In this document: piece by piece, positions 8,237-19,200 of the stretch | Layout of the letters: the number at the start of each line of letters is the position of its first letter | Numbering within the stretch: position 1 is the stretch's first letter | IMG/VR virus record: IMGVR_UViG_3300022562_001990 | Location: 5,440 to 69,439 of that record | Source of the DNA: a virus | Direction: 5' to 3' (one strand) | Length of the DNA: 64,000 nt | The notes under the pieces: model-generated | Databases searched by the model: none | What the model saw: the letters and a program-made list of their open reading frames with translations, nothing else | Told to the model about the DNA's origin: nothing | Translations under genes and position numbers: made by a program

Positions 8237-9370
8237 TCACCTCCGAACCGGGAAGTGTACGTCTCGGTTCAGTCTATTCTTTAGGTTTACCAGCTCGCTG
8301 TGATTGCTGAGGTGGTCTGTGCATCGCCTGCACTCATGCATCGTACACAGGTTGAGTGCCGGTCTGTCGTCCTTCTCGACGATTGTTCCGAAGCAGTGGA
8401 CGCACATCTTGTGCTCTCCGGTAGCCGGAGTGCATGAGCGCATCTTGTTGCAGCTTGAGCATCTGAACATGTTGTCGAGCTGGTGCTCGGTGAATCGGCA
8501 GTTTTCCTGCTGGGTGTAGTAGTCCTTGAGTGGAACGGCACGAATGCTTTTGCCTCCGCACCAAATGACGTTGCCGTTGTCGGGCTTGAGCTTGTAGGCA
8601 CGGCCCTTGTGGAGCTCGACCTGGTTGAGGGGCTCGAAGACAAGATCTCCGCTCGGTCTCTTGAGGTTCTTCACCCATTGGTAGCCTCCGATGCGATTCG
8701 GCTTTCTCGATGGCCACTCCTTGCTTGGACTGAGCTCGAGGAACCAGTCTCGGATCTGTTCGGATACCCAGTGGTACATGTCGGGGCTCGACTCAGCCAT
8801 TGGTTCGACTGCATTTGGATCGCGGGCCTGCGAGAGCAGCATCTGCATCTGCTCAGACGCTTCGTCGTAAGGCTCGCTCACTGGCGAGTCTAGTGTTCGC
8901 TCGCACCGCCGATAGATGCGAAGCTTGATTGGACCGTTGTGATCAATCTTGACGTAGTGGTTCTGTTCGGTGCCTGTCTCTCGTAGCGCATACATATAGG
9001 CGTAGGCGTTGAAGAATGGCGTGACCTCTTCGACTCCGAAGAACTTGAGCACCCAGCGATAGCCCGGCTCAGTCCTGAACCAGAGGAAGTGCGCCATGCA
9101 CACCGAGAGGATGGACCACTTGTACTCGGGACGGAGCTTCTCCCTCATGGGGACACCGGCGACGTCGCGCTTGAAGATGGCCATGACGTGCTCGACGCAG
9201 TCTCCATGGGGGAGCCAGTCTTTGGGGATGCCCCATCCGAGCGCCGCGGAGGTGCCTTCGGGGGCGTGTGGGTTGGGCGCTTGGTAGCGCAAGTAGTTTG
9301 CTTCTCGTTGCCATTGCGCAACTTCTTCGGGGGTCGGTGGATAGCCTTGAGCGATTGTGTATCTGGACAT
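8237..9370 (-). CDS. Hypothetical protein with Cys-rich C-terminus
   Basis: ATG 9370 after AAGGAG; CSSC, CVHC and CRRC motifs. Confidence 0.75.
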   Translation of the reverse strand: MSRYTIAQGYPPTPEEVAQWQREANYLRYQAPNPHAPEGTSAALGWGIPKDWLPHGDCVEHVMAIFKRDVAGVPMREKLRPEYKWSILSVCMAHFLWFRTEPGYRWVLKFFGVEEVTPFFNAYAYMYALRETGTEQNHYVKIDHNGPIKLRIYRRCERTLDSPVSEPYDEASEQMQMLLSQARDPNAVEPMAESSPDMYHWVSEQIRDWFLELSPSKEWPSRKPNRIGGYQWVKNLKRPSGDLVFEPLNQVELHKGRAYKLKPDNGNVIWCGGKSIRAVPLKDYYTQQENCRFTEHQLDNMFRCSSCNKMRSCTPATGEHKMCVHCFGTIVEKDDRPALNLCTMHECRRCTDHLSNHSELVNLKNRLNRDVHFPVRR

Positions 9371-9392
9371 GGGAAGTCTCCTTTCTATCCCT

Positions 9393-9400
9393 CTTATGCC
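9393..9400 (-). promoter_or_regulatory. GGCATAAG putative phage-specific promoter
   Basis: Exact octamer 22 nt upstream of the first gene of the minus-strand unit; recurs at four other unit heads. Confidence 0.65.
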
Positions 9401-9488
9401 CTGGAGAGCGGCCTGTGATTGACCGAGGAGCTCGCGGCGACCTACACTGTGGTCGGTATTTGTTACCCGGAGAAACTGAAGGAGAACC

Positions 9489-10211
9489 ATGTCAAACGGA
9501 TCAATGCTGCCACCCGACATCAGGGAGCAGATGGACAAGCAGAAGAGTCGTGCCGGAGTTCCGACGTCACCAGGAGGTGTCGGTGGACGAGTGCCCGCAA
9601 ACGCGGCCACCGCTCATCAACGGCAAGTCGCAATGGGCCGAGGCGAAGAAGAGCCAGAGCAGGCGGCTCCACCGAAAGAAGAAGAGAAGGTCGAGGAGGT
9701 TCGCTGCCCAGAGCCGGCATGCGGCATCAAGGCCGAGAACGATTGGATCTTCTGCGCTCGGTGTGGAACCGATCTCATTGCGGGCGGAGCGGCCAAGCGT
9801 CTTGGTGTGACGATCACCGAAGACGATGTGCAGGACTATCTCTTCAAGGGCTATGTTGTTCGCGACATCAAAATCCTTGGGAAGCATGTCGCAACCATGA
9901 GGTCGTCGCAGACCCGCGACCTCAAGGAGATCGACAGCTTCATCATGAACGGCGACTGGTCGAAGGATGAGAAGGGCAACGAGCATCAGGTCTCCGACTT
10001 CTTCCTTCGGCAGATGAATGCGCTGTGCATCACGGCGATGGCCGTTCGAAAGATCGATGGCTCATCGATCGGGGAAAGTCTCGCGGACCGCGTAGCCTGG
10101 ATGGAGGAGCGAGGATCTGCCTTCGTTGACATGCTCGCCACCAAGGTCCAGCTCTTCAACCGAGCGATCACCGAGCATCTAAAGAAAGAAGACGCCCTCC
10201 AGGGGTCCTAA
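9489..10211 (+). CDS. Putative tail assembly chaperone (G-like) with Zn ribbon
   Basis: Lies two ORFs before the tape measure; CPEPAC...CARC; strong AAGGAG. Confidence 0.6.
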   Translation: MSNGSMLPPDIREQMDKQKSRAGVPTSPGGVGGRVPANAATAHQRQVAMGRGEEEPEQAAPPKEEEKVEEVRCPEPACGIKAENDWIFCARCGTDLIAGGAAKRLGVTITEDDVQDYLFKGYVVRDIKILGKHVATMRSSQTRDLKEIDSFIMNGDWSKDEKGNEHQVSDFFLRQMNALCITAMAVRKIDGSSIGESLADRVAWMEERGSAFVDMLATKVQLFNRAITEHLKKEDALQGS

Positions 10212-10291
10212 GCTCTCCGGTCGGATGGGCTAGGGTAAACCTCCACCTGGTCCTTGGTGCCAATGTCGAGTACGGCACACTTCAGGAGAGC

Positions 10292-10588
10292 ATGGCCATC
10301 GAGGCCTGGAGGAAGCAGCAGCGCATCGAGCTCTACAAGACCATCGCTGGCGTCACGGCCTCGGTGAATCCAGAGAGCGCTCAGAAGGCGTTGCGGCAAC
10401 TCATCGAAGAGATGTTCCCGGAGGTTGCGACCGAGCGGGAGCGAGCAGTCGACAAGGCCCTGGAAATCATGGAGAAGGAGAAAGACAAGTCCTACAAAGT
10501 CGCTGCCGTTGGTAGTTCACTTGGGAAGGGATCTTGGGGCCGGATGCAGAATATACTGAAGCAGAAGAAGAGGCCGAGGAGACCGTAG
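10292..10588 (+). CDS. Putative tail chaperone second part (T-like), probably reached by -1 frameshift
   Basis: Its frame is open from 10130 and is -1 relative to the upstream ORF. It abuts the tape measure start. Confidence 0.55.
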   Translation: MAIEAWRKQQRIELYKTIAGVTASVNPESAQKALRQLIEEMFPEVATERERAVDKALEIMEKEKDKSYKVAAVGSSLGKGSWGRMQNILKQKKRPRRP

Positions 10589-13500
10589 GTGGCAACTGAA
10601 TTCAATTACGTCGTCAACGTAGACACGACCCGTGTCATGGGTGCGATGTCGGAGGTTCGTTCCCAGATGGGAATGGCTCTCGGCGGCGTACCTTCTCAGT
10701 TTGCCCCGACGGGTCCCATGGCCCAGATGATGGCTGGCCTCGAGAGCAGGGCGGGCTCCATCCTCGGACGGACACACACCGATCCGGGGATGGCCTACAA
10801 CCCGCACTACGGCCAGGTCCATGCAACGACGACAGCAGAGCAGGAAGCCGCGGTCGCCCGTCACGGCCTGGCGGCAGCTGAGGCCATGCGGCCTCCGGGA
10901 GTATCTGCCTACGAGTACGCGGCAGGCGTTCACGAGAACGCAATCGAGCGCCAGCAGCAAGCCAGGAACGCGGCGCGCAATGCCGCTCAATCCACCTTCC
11001 TCAGTGGCGCTGGTGGCCTTGCTGCGGGCGAGGCAGCCTTTGCCGGGGCAAGCCTCGTCGGCGGTGCGCTTGGAGCCCGAGTAGGAGCGCGCCTCTTTGG
11101 CGGCGGCTTGGGCGGTGCGGCGGCCGGGGCAGGCCGATTCCTTGGCGGCATGGGTCTCGGAATCATGGCCTTCGGCATGGCTGAGGAGTATGTCGGCGGA
11201 AAGATTCGAGATCACTACGCGGAGATCGAGCGGGTCAGCGGCGTTACCAACGAGCTCGCCGATATCGTAGGTGGCGGCCGCAACCTGACTAGAACCCAGA
11301 GGTACGAGACAGGTATCGCGGCGCGCGAGGCAGCCAGGGACATCAACATGGATGTCCAGCAGATGGGAACGATCGCCTCGCTGGCACGGCACACCGGGCT
11401 GCTTCCGAGCACCACTGATCCGACCAAGCTACGTGAGCAGCTCGGCAACCTAGCCAAGGCCGTCGATGAGGGAGCCTCAGCCCTTCACACGTCGCTTGGC
11501 AATGCGGCAATGGTGATCCGCTCGGCGGCGAAGCAGGGGCTCTCGGCCGAGGAGGGGATCCTTCGGGCAGGGGCCGCTGGCGGCGCAGAGCAGTACCTGG
11601 CGGCCCAGTCGCGCTATGAAGCCTTCGGGCGCCAGGGTGCTCAGTTTGCGCTGTCCCAGCGCCTCACAGAGCAGCAAGGCTTCGCGATGTTCACCGGGGC
11701 TCTCGGCCAGGCTGCCGGGGCCGGAATCTCTCCGGAGCAGATGAAGGTCCTCGGCGGCCGTTACGGCGCCGCTCAGCTCATTGGAGGCGCCCAGATCGCC
11801 TCTGCCATGAGTCCGCTCGGCGAGCTCCAGCTCATGGCGGGCACCGGCGGCGAGGCGCTCGGCGGAATGATGGATATGCCTGGTCAGGCACTGGCAGCGA
11901 TGTCGGGCGGAGAAGGCCTGATGACCAACATGATGCGGTTCCAGGTCTACAAGGACGATCTGCGCCGCGGGATTGGAGCCAAGGGTATCCGCACCATGGC
12001 TCGCCAGCAGATGCAGATGGGCGCCGACATGCTCGAGTCCCTGGGCATGGGCGGTAGCAACAAGGAGAGGATGGCTTTCTGGGCTCAGAGCCAAATGGGG
12101 ATGAACCCAACCCAGGCGCTTGCCTACGCGGGCGCCATGGGAGCAGGAGGCGGTGGAGGTGGGCCCGGCGGTGGTGGAGCTGGCGGCGAAGCCTATGCTC
12201 GACGGCTCGATACGTTCCAGAACATGCAAATGCACAGGGCAGGCCTTGCAGCTCTTGGAGCATTCGACCCCAAGAGCGCAGCGGACTATACGGAAGGATA
12301 CGGATTCGGATCTGGATATGCCCTGGAAGGCGGCATGACAGGATTCATGGTCGGAGGTCCGAAGGGTGCCGTCATTGGCGCTGCCGCAGGACTTGTTGCC
12401 GGAAACGCAAAGGCGGCGTGGAACTTCGGCAAGGACCTGTTTGACACGGGGCCCGGACTCTTCGCCAGCGCCCAGGAGAAGGCTGACTACTACAACCGCC
12501 GCGACGCGGCCGAGTACGATGCGAAGGTTTCCGCGTTCAAGGAAAGATACGGCAGCATTGACATCAACATGGATGTAGCTGCACGAGTACGCTCGGCACC
12601 GCTCCGGCGAGTTCAGCTAGACGCCTCCACTTCGATGTCCTCCGCAGCACTTAGTCGGTACACCGGTGTGATGAGCGTACTAAACCTGTCTCCAGTGGAG
12701 GCGGGTCCCGGAACCCTGGGCATCGGAGACAGAAGCCTGAACATAAGAGATCTCCGCGAGCGCGCGAAGATGGCGGATGCGCCGGCGATAGTTACCGACA
12801 AGGTGAAGGATATTGCCTACAAACTTGTAGTTGAAAATCCGAACAAGGAACTGAACGAGGCAAGGAAGGAATACAAGCGAGCATTCACTCAGCTTGCCGA
12901 AGACGACTTTCATGCACCAGATCGCATCCCCGAAGGAGAGAAGGCGGAGTACATCGCTGAGAAGCGTCGCGATGCAATCAAGAGGCTTAACCAGTCTGCT
13001 GGCGTAATGGTAAAGGCCGCCGGCGATGCGGGCATCAACGCTGACTATAGGATTGCCGGGGCTGTTGGGCCGAAGGTTCGTGGCCTAGCAGGCGAGTTGC
13101 TCGGGGGCTGGGAAGCACCAAAGCTTCATGCCCAGATGAGGACCGATATCACATTGGCGGCAAGTCTCGCGGAGGAGGAGGGCGCAGCCCAGCAGCGCAT
13201 GGTCAACTACATCCTAAGAGCTTCCGGCGAGCGTGGGATGGCGGCTGGCGGTTCCCCGGCTGGACGCATGACCGACGAAGAGCTGAGAAGTGAATACGAT
13301 CTTCTCACACAAGGAGAACAGTACAGAGGGACGCGCGTTCTTGGAAAGTACCCTGGAGATACGTTCGAAGAGTTTAAGAAGAGATTCCCTCGAGGAGTTC
13401 AAGGTGAACTAACGGAGAGAATCAGCAAGGGGGGCATGAAGGCCGTCAAGGACGTCGATCAGATGTTGCTTGGGGATTTTGTCCCAGGGATCGCTGAGGA

Positions 13501-14221
13501 GTATGCGGAGTCGGGTAGCTACGAAAAAGCGATCGCCTCCTTCAGCGAGAAGATCGCAGGAAGAAGTCGAGGCTCTCGCAATCTTGCAATGGGCGGAACA
13601 GATGTTCGGTATGTCAACGAAGCTCTCTCTGACCCTGCGATACGAAAGGCCATTGCGTCCGGAGACGTTGATCTGATCAAGAAGGGGATGGGCCGCATTG
13701 CTCGAAAAGAGGAGTACGAGGGTGTTGATGCGGCAAAAATTATTCAAACCGTGACGACGGGGAAGATGGCCCCAGCGGAGCTTGATGGAGGGAACTTGCT
13801 TGTCGGAGCAGTTGCTCTTGCGGACAAGCTCACAGAAGGAGCTGCATCGAAAGCCATTGCGGGTGGTGCCCTTGGATCTGATATCGCAGAGGCACTAACT
13901 CCTGTGTCTCTCATAGGGCCAAAGGGCAACGCAGGAAGGTGGGCAAGGAACCTTTACGATATGGGAACGAACCCCGAGTCGGAAGTGGCCGGCAAGAAGA
14001 AGCGTCCTCGAGAGGCTATGGCAGCTCACGCAATCGGATTCGGTCAGCAGGAGTCGGCGCTCACCACGATCAACAGAGCGCTGGAGAAAACTCACAGGAT
14101 GCTCGGCGCCCTGGAAAAGGACATGATGGGGAGAAGGGGCAGCGCAGCTGGCTCCGGAGGGAACGATAGTCCGGCCTCGAGAGGCGGCGCCGGAGGTTCA
14201 GGAAGGCCACCAGGAACATGA
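10589..14221 (+). CDS. Putative tape measure protein
   Basis: 1210 aa, Ala/Gly-rich and helical with hydrophobic Gly-rich stretches, located between chaperones and hub genes. Confidence 0.75.
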   Translation: MATEFNYVVNVDTTRVMGAMSEVRSQMGMALGGVPSQFAPTGPMAQMMAGLESRAGSILGRTHTDPGMAYNPHYGQVHATTTAEQEAAVARHGLAAAEAMRPPGVSAYEYAAGVHENAIERQQQARNAARNAAQSTFLSGAGGLAAGEAAFAGASLVGGALGARVGARLFGGGLGGAAAGAGRFLGGMGLGIMAFGMAEEYVGGKIRDHYAEIERVSGVTNELADIVGGGRNLTRTQRYETGIAAREAARDINMDVQQMGTIASLARHTGLLPSTTDPTKLREQLGNLAKAVDEGASALHTSLGNAAMVIRSAAKQGLSAEEGILRAGAAGGAEQYLAAQSRYEAFGRQGAQFALSQRLTEQQGFAMFTGALGQAAGAGISPEQMKVLGGRYGAAQLIGGAQIASAMSPLGELQLMAGTGGEALGGMMDMPGQALAAMSGGEGLMTNMMRFQVYKDDLRRGIGAKGIRTMARQQMQMGADMLESLGMGGSNKERMAFWAQSQMGMNPTQALAYAGAMGAGGGGGGPGGGGAGGEAYARRLDTFQNMQMHRAGLAALGAFDPKSAADYTEGYGFGSGYALEGGMTGFMVGGPKGAVIGAAAGLVAGNAKAAWNFGKDLFDTGPGLFASAQEKADYYNRRDAAEYDAKVSAFKERYGSIDINMDVAARVRSAPLRRVQLDASTSMSSAALSRYTGVMSVLNLSPVEAGPGTLGIGDRSLNIRDLRERAKMADAPAIVTDKVKDIAYKLVVENPNKELNEARKEYKRAFTQLAEDDFHAPDRIPEGEKAEYIAEKRRDAIKRLNQSAGVMVKAAGDAGINADYRIAGAVGPKVRGLAGELLGGWEAPKLHAQMRTDITLAASLAEEEGAAQQRMVNYILRASGERGMAAGGSPAGRMTDEELRSEYDLLTQGEQYRGTRVLGKYPGDTFEEFKKRFPRGVQGELTERISKGGMKAVKDVDQMLLGDFVPGIAEEYAESGSYEKAIASFSEKIAGRSRGSRNLAMGGTDVRYVNEALSDPAIRKAIASGDVDLIKKGMGRIARKEEYEGVDAAKIIQTVTTGKMAPAELDGGNLLVGAVALADKLTEGAASKAIAGGALGSDIAEALTPVSLIGPKGNAGRWARNLYDMGTNPESEVAGKKKRPREAMAAHAIGFGQQESALTTINRALEKTHRMLGALEKDMMGRRGSAAGSGGNDSPASRGGAGGSGRPPGT

Positions 14222-15141
14222 GCACACCACCAGGAGATCAGGGTTGGGGCAAAGGCCAGTGGGGTGTATCCCCGTGGGGAATCGGCTTTATCGAGCCACC
14301 ATCCCCTCCAGTTGTGACGGCAATCTCCCCAGTCAACGGAGAGACGGGCGTTGCCCAAAGTCGGCCGATTGTACTTTCCATCACCGACAACGAAGAGGTT
14401 GCGCTTGCAAGCATTCGAGTTGCCGTAGGAGGAATCAACTACATCTTCGGCGGAGTCGCGCAAAACGGAGCCGACGTTTCCTTCGAGGTCAATGACGGCA
14501 ATGGCGTAGACATCGAAATCTACCTACCCGAGAAAATGCCCCTGGGCTCTCGCCAGGAGGTTGCGGTCAGTGTCAAAGACAACGACGGCCTCGAGACCAA
14601 CGAGTCCATCTTCTTCACCGTTGGTGTTGGCGGTCGGCTACTCAGCGTGGTCAATCCAGCGCCGAACCTCCTCATCGCAAGATTCAACGAGGCTATGACC
14701 CATGACGAGGAGTTCCTTTTCCCTGGCAACTGGCTGATCAGAACCATCACGGAGGGAGCCCCAGACCTTGTGATCACCAAGGTCTCCGTCGACCCCGGCC
14801 AGGCGAACGTCGCCTTCCTCGAGCATGAAGGCGGAGGCTCGACCTACGAGCTCACTGTCATCAAGGTGAGCACCGCCGACGGTGATGCCCTCGAGCTCGG
14901 ACAGAACAGTGCCGTCTTCGAGCTCATCTACAGCCAGGAGGAAGATCCTCGGATCAGTCTTTTCAATACGATCTTCGGTCCCATCGGAGTCTCCCAGCGA
15001 GTTCGGAACCGGAGAACGATGGACGACCACGTCATCAATAGATCCATCGCCCTTGGCATGGACGAGCAGTTCAGGCTCAGATTCCAGTCCCTCGACGGAA
15101 CGCAGGGTAGGGACGGTCGACCAGGAACCAGGAGAACGTAA
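14218..15141 (+). CDS. Ig-like domain virion protein
   Basis: PVVTAISPVNGETGVAQSRPIVLSITD (Big-type start); beta-rich. Confidence 0.6.
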   Translation: MSTPPGDQGWGKGQWGVSPWGIGFIEPPSPPVVTAISPVNGETGVAQSRPIVLSITDNEEVALASIRVAVGGINYIFGGVAQNGADVSFEVNDGNGVDIEIYLPEKMPLGSRQEVAVSVKDNDGLETNESIFFTVGVGGRLLSVVNPAPNLLIARFNEAMTHDEEFLFPGNWLIRTITEGAPDLVITKVSVDPGQANVAFLEHEGGGSTYELTVIKVSTADGDALELGQNSAVFELIYSQEEDPRISLFNTIFGPIGVSQRVRNRRTMDDHVINRSIALGMDEQFRLRFQSLDGTQGRDGRPGTRRT

Positions 15142-16277
15142 TGGCATCGCGGACAACCAGCAAGGAAGAGATCTCAGCCGTCCTCGAGGGAAGGGGTCCG
15201 CTCGGTGCCGAGCGGCTAATCGAGTACAACATCTTCCTCACAGATGGCTTTGGAGGTCCGCCGTCTGGGTCCGTGCAGTTTCTTGATGGTCCGGGCGTTC
15301 CTGCGCAGATCGACGGATTCAGCAACGACGATTCCTATCGTCGGTCGCGCCACCTCTATCGGAATGCGAACAAGGAGTCCCTGTCGATCAATGCAGAGAA
15401 TCTGCGAGAAAACTCTCTGGCTCGCCAACTCGACAGCAAGCGAGACCAGCCTGCGACGATCCGACTCATTCGCAGGAGGAAGCCAGAAGAGCTTCCCGTG
15501 GAGGACTCGACAGAGAAGCGTGTCCCATGGGTGAACCTGATCCCACCAAACACCAAGTTCTTCCTCGAGCAGGTCCAAGAGAACCGGGAGGAAAAGGTTC
15601 AGATCATCGACACCTTCGGTGAGTGGATCGCCTTTTTCTTCGGTCGCCGCCCAGAGATCTACAGCTACTCGGGCACACTCCTCAACGCGAAGAACCATGA
15701 CTGGAAGAATGAGTTCCAGCAGAACTACGACTACTTCCTTCGTGGATCCCAGGCGGTAAAGAACCGCGCCACGATCATCATGCAGTACGACGACGTGGTC
15801 GTCGAAGGCTACATGCTGAACTCGACAATCACGCAGGCCGCCGTCGCCGACAACGCGGTCCCCTTCCAGTTCAACCTCTTGGTGATCAACAGGTCGCCGC
15901 TTAACCCGGCAAGGATGCTGGGGCTACGCTTCCAGCGTTCGACCCGGACCGAACTCGAGAACCAGCTCTTCAACGATATCCAGTCTTCGCTCGACCTTGG
16001 AGATACTGCCGAGACAGCCGCAGAGAGACTGGCCTCGCTGGAGACGTTCCTCATCATGAGGGAGTACTTCTCCGGGAACTACGCTCCGTCCGCTGGTACG
16101 ACCACCCACCGAACCAACACCAACAACCTTGAGTCTGGAGCCAGCGTGATCCCTGGGCAGAACGTCGGACTCAAGAACGAGCCCCTGAGCCCCTCTTCGT
16201 TTGCAAGCGGAACCACGAAATCGATCGAGGAGAACGGCGTCACGATTCCTGGGCTCGGCGTAGAGAGCCTGGAGTAG
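15141..16277 (+). CDS. Putative baseplate/tail-tube initiator protein
   Basis: Sits between tape measure and hub; beta-rich core EKVQIIDTFG...YSYSGTLLN. Confidence 0.5.
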   Translation: MASRTTSKEEISAVLEGRGPLGAERLIEYNIFLTDGFGGPPSGSVQFLDGPGVPAQIDGFSNDDSYRRSRHLYRNANKESLSINAENLRENSLARQLDSKRDQPATIRLIRRRKPEELPVEDSTEKRVPWVNLIPPNTKFFLEQVQENREEKVQIIDTFGEWIAFFFGRRPEIYSYSGTLLNAKNHDWKNEFQQNYDYFLRGSQAVKNRATIIMQYDDVVVEGYMLNSTITQAAVADNAVPFQFNLLVINRSPLNPARMLGLRFQRSTRTELENQLFNDIQSSLDLGDTAETAAERLASLETFLIMREYFSGNYAPSAGTTTHRTNTNNLESGASVIPGQNVGLKNEPLSPSSFASGTTKSIEENGVTIPGLGVESLE

Positions 16278-16280
16278 TCG

Positions 16281-19200
16281 ATGCCCGGTCATGGCAAAGG
16301 AGCAGAAGTAAAGCTTCGGCTTTACATGGAGGGTCGGCTGGTCGAGAACGCTCTCAACCACGTCCAGGTCTCCGGTCATACTGGGTCGCCAGCCACAGCA
16401 CAGCTGTCCCTCGTCCCCACCAACACGATCAAGCATATCCTTCCGGGAACGTGGGTTCATGTCTTTGCGACGGACCCCTGGGACCAGAACCCAAGAGGAG
16501 ATGTCGGGGACTACAAGCTTCTCTTCGAGGGCATTGTTGTCTCTCGTGGATTCACCCGCGCAGACGACGGGCGAGCTCTTTCGGTTCAGTGTGCCGATCC
16601 ATCCATCTACTGGGTGGAGGCGAGGCAGTTCTGGCTCAGCATTACCTCGGCCAATGGTGGCATTGTTGACCAGCTCGCCATCCAAACATCGGGCGGATAC
16701 GGACGCTTTGGGTCGGTCACGGCGGAGGGCGTGTATGGCTACATGATTCCGAAGATCGCTCTCACCAAAGACCAGGGCGAAGAACGGTTCATGGATACGA
16801 TGATCTCGGTCATCGACGACATCGGCAATGTCAATCCGTTCTACACGAACGCGCGCAACCGCTTCCGCATCACCGACAGGATCATCCGCGGCAATGCGGG
16901 AAACACGGAGAAGCTGTTCCAACTCGCGTTGCTAAGCGACTTCCTGGACGGACTCGGAGGAGGGCAGTCCGGGCAGTCGAACCTTGCCCAGCTCGTGAAC
17001 CAGCTGCTCGGATCCATCATGCATGAGTGGGTCTCGGTTCCGGCGCCGCCATATGTTTCAACGAGAATCTTCAGCCGAGATGTCTTCGGAAACATCAAGC
17101 GCAAGAAGACGACAGTCAACAGAACCGATAGCCGAGGTCGTCGCAAGGTCGACCTGTTCGAGTATGAGACCGCTATCGACAGCGTCGTTGCCAGCTACAT
17201 CTTCAAGCCGCACGTCTACACCCTGTCGCCGCCCACCTGCAACGTGCTGTTTCCGAACATGTACGACCAGATGTCGTACCAAGAGAACTTCATGCAGGAG
17301 ACAACGCGGCTGCAGATGATGCCGCAGCTTCCAATGAAGAACCAGCGGCAGCTCATGGGCCTCTACATGCTGAGGCCTGCCGAGATCGAGCTCTTTACTG
17401 CGCAAATCCGAGATGAGAACAGCAAGTCCCCTGGCAAGCGCACGCCTGACGGGAAGTATGCCGATGGTGCTGGGCAGGCACCCCGTTTCAATGACTATGA
17501 CTGGACGACCAACGAAGAGCGAATCCGAGGGATCGTCTACAACTTCATCAACCTGGCGCCTGCTCCGTCGACGCTTACGCTGCAGGGCCAGGGCAAGAAG
17601 GAGCCCGACGGCAACCGGAAAGGGGGCATCCCCGACTACCTTCAGAACGTCGCCAGCTACGAGTACTTCAAGGCCAAGTTCGCGGCCCGCCAGTCATCCC
17701 TCTCGGGTCCGTTCAACATGCGGCCGATCCCAGGATTCCCCATCCTTGCGCTGGACGACTCTGATGCCGACATGAACATCGTGGCGTATCTCGATGCGAT
17801 CGTTCACGACATTTCTGCCAACGGATCCGCTACGACGCAGTACGCAATCCAGTACCCAAGGTTCGTGGACGAAGTCGATTTCAACCGCCCACGGTTCAAG
17901 GCGGCGGGAACAAAGTACGAGGGGCAGCTCGACTTCGACCTCTACCGGGACGAGCGGGGAAACTACGACTTCGGGACCATCTATGACGGAGAGAATGCTC
18001 CGCCGATCCCTGAATGGTTCGACGAGAAGCTACGCTCGCTTACCGGTCTGAACGATACCTACGCTGAATGGTTTGGCTCCAATGTTGGAGTCGTCCAGTC
18101 GTTTCTTTTCGAGGACGCGGACGACAACGAGGTTGCCTTGATCGCACAGCAGGAGGCTGAGCGCACCCAGGAGTACGAGGAGCTTGGCATCGATGCATCC
18201 AAGGGAGTGAACCTCAAAGTCACCACTCCGTCGCAGGTGCCGGGGGTGACAGGAGAGACGATTACTGCGAGCGATGCACTCTCCGACAAGAACAAGGACG
18301 ACATCCAGAGAGCAAACGACAAGATCACTTTGCAGGATGCGACCGACGAGCTCAACGACGCCTACCGTCGATCTCGGGGTGACAACAGAGAGTTCGAGCT
18401 TGCATCGACTGTCACGGACCGATCGTTCACCAGAATCGACGAAGCCTTCCGTTTTGTCGGAGCATCCTCCGTGGAGTACGCGGACAGGACGAAGAAGCCA
18501 AGCCAGAGTGCACGGGTTACCTTCGACAAGAACCCTGCCGCCACGAGGCGGGTTGATTACCGCACGGCGAAGTTCAGGACCTTCGTCGGAGATACGTCCA
18601 CAGGCTCAGGCTACTATGGTGTCAAAGAGGGCGAGGCAAAGCCAAACCCAACAACGACCTCGACGACGGTGTCCGATGCAACCGCCGGCCAGGTCGAGGT
18701 AGATGCCGTTTCCGGAGCCGACGCAGCCGCGCCAGAGGACAGGATGTCCGGTGCCTTCCCGGTCTTTGACACAACGGTCCATACGGGCGATGAGGCCCTG
18801 GACCAAAAGACGAGGGACTCCCTTCTCACGAGCAACTCGGAGCGAGCACCTTCCGATCGAGCTCGCTATGACGGGCGGCCGGTCATGTTCGACTTCGAGT
18901 TTCGCATCTGGCAAGACTCGCTTCGCATTGCAGGCTTCTCTCCCACGGGGGAGCGGATCGCCGATGCCGCCGAACTTGCCACGAATTACGTGACGGAGAG
19001 GGGTCAGACGCGCCCCGCTACGGCGCAGGAGCTCGCACAGGCCCGAGAGGCAAGGGCTGCCGCCATCGCCGCCCGGAAGGAAGAGGAGGAGGCAAGGGCT
19101 TCGAAGGGGCGTGGAAACCCCAGTAAGGATCCGAACATGGCGCCAAGCCAACAGGCTCCGACCGGAGACGGCCTCTACCAGAAAGAGAAGCCAGCACTTC

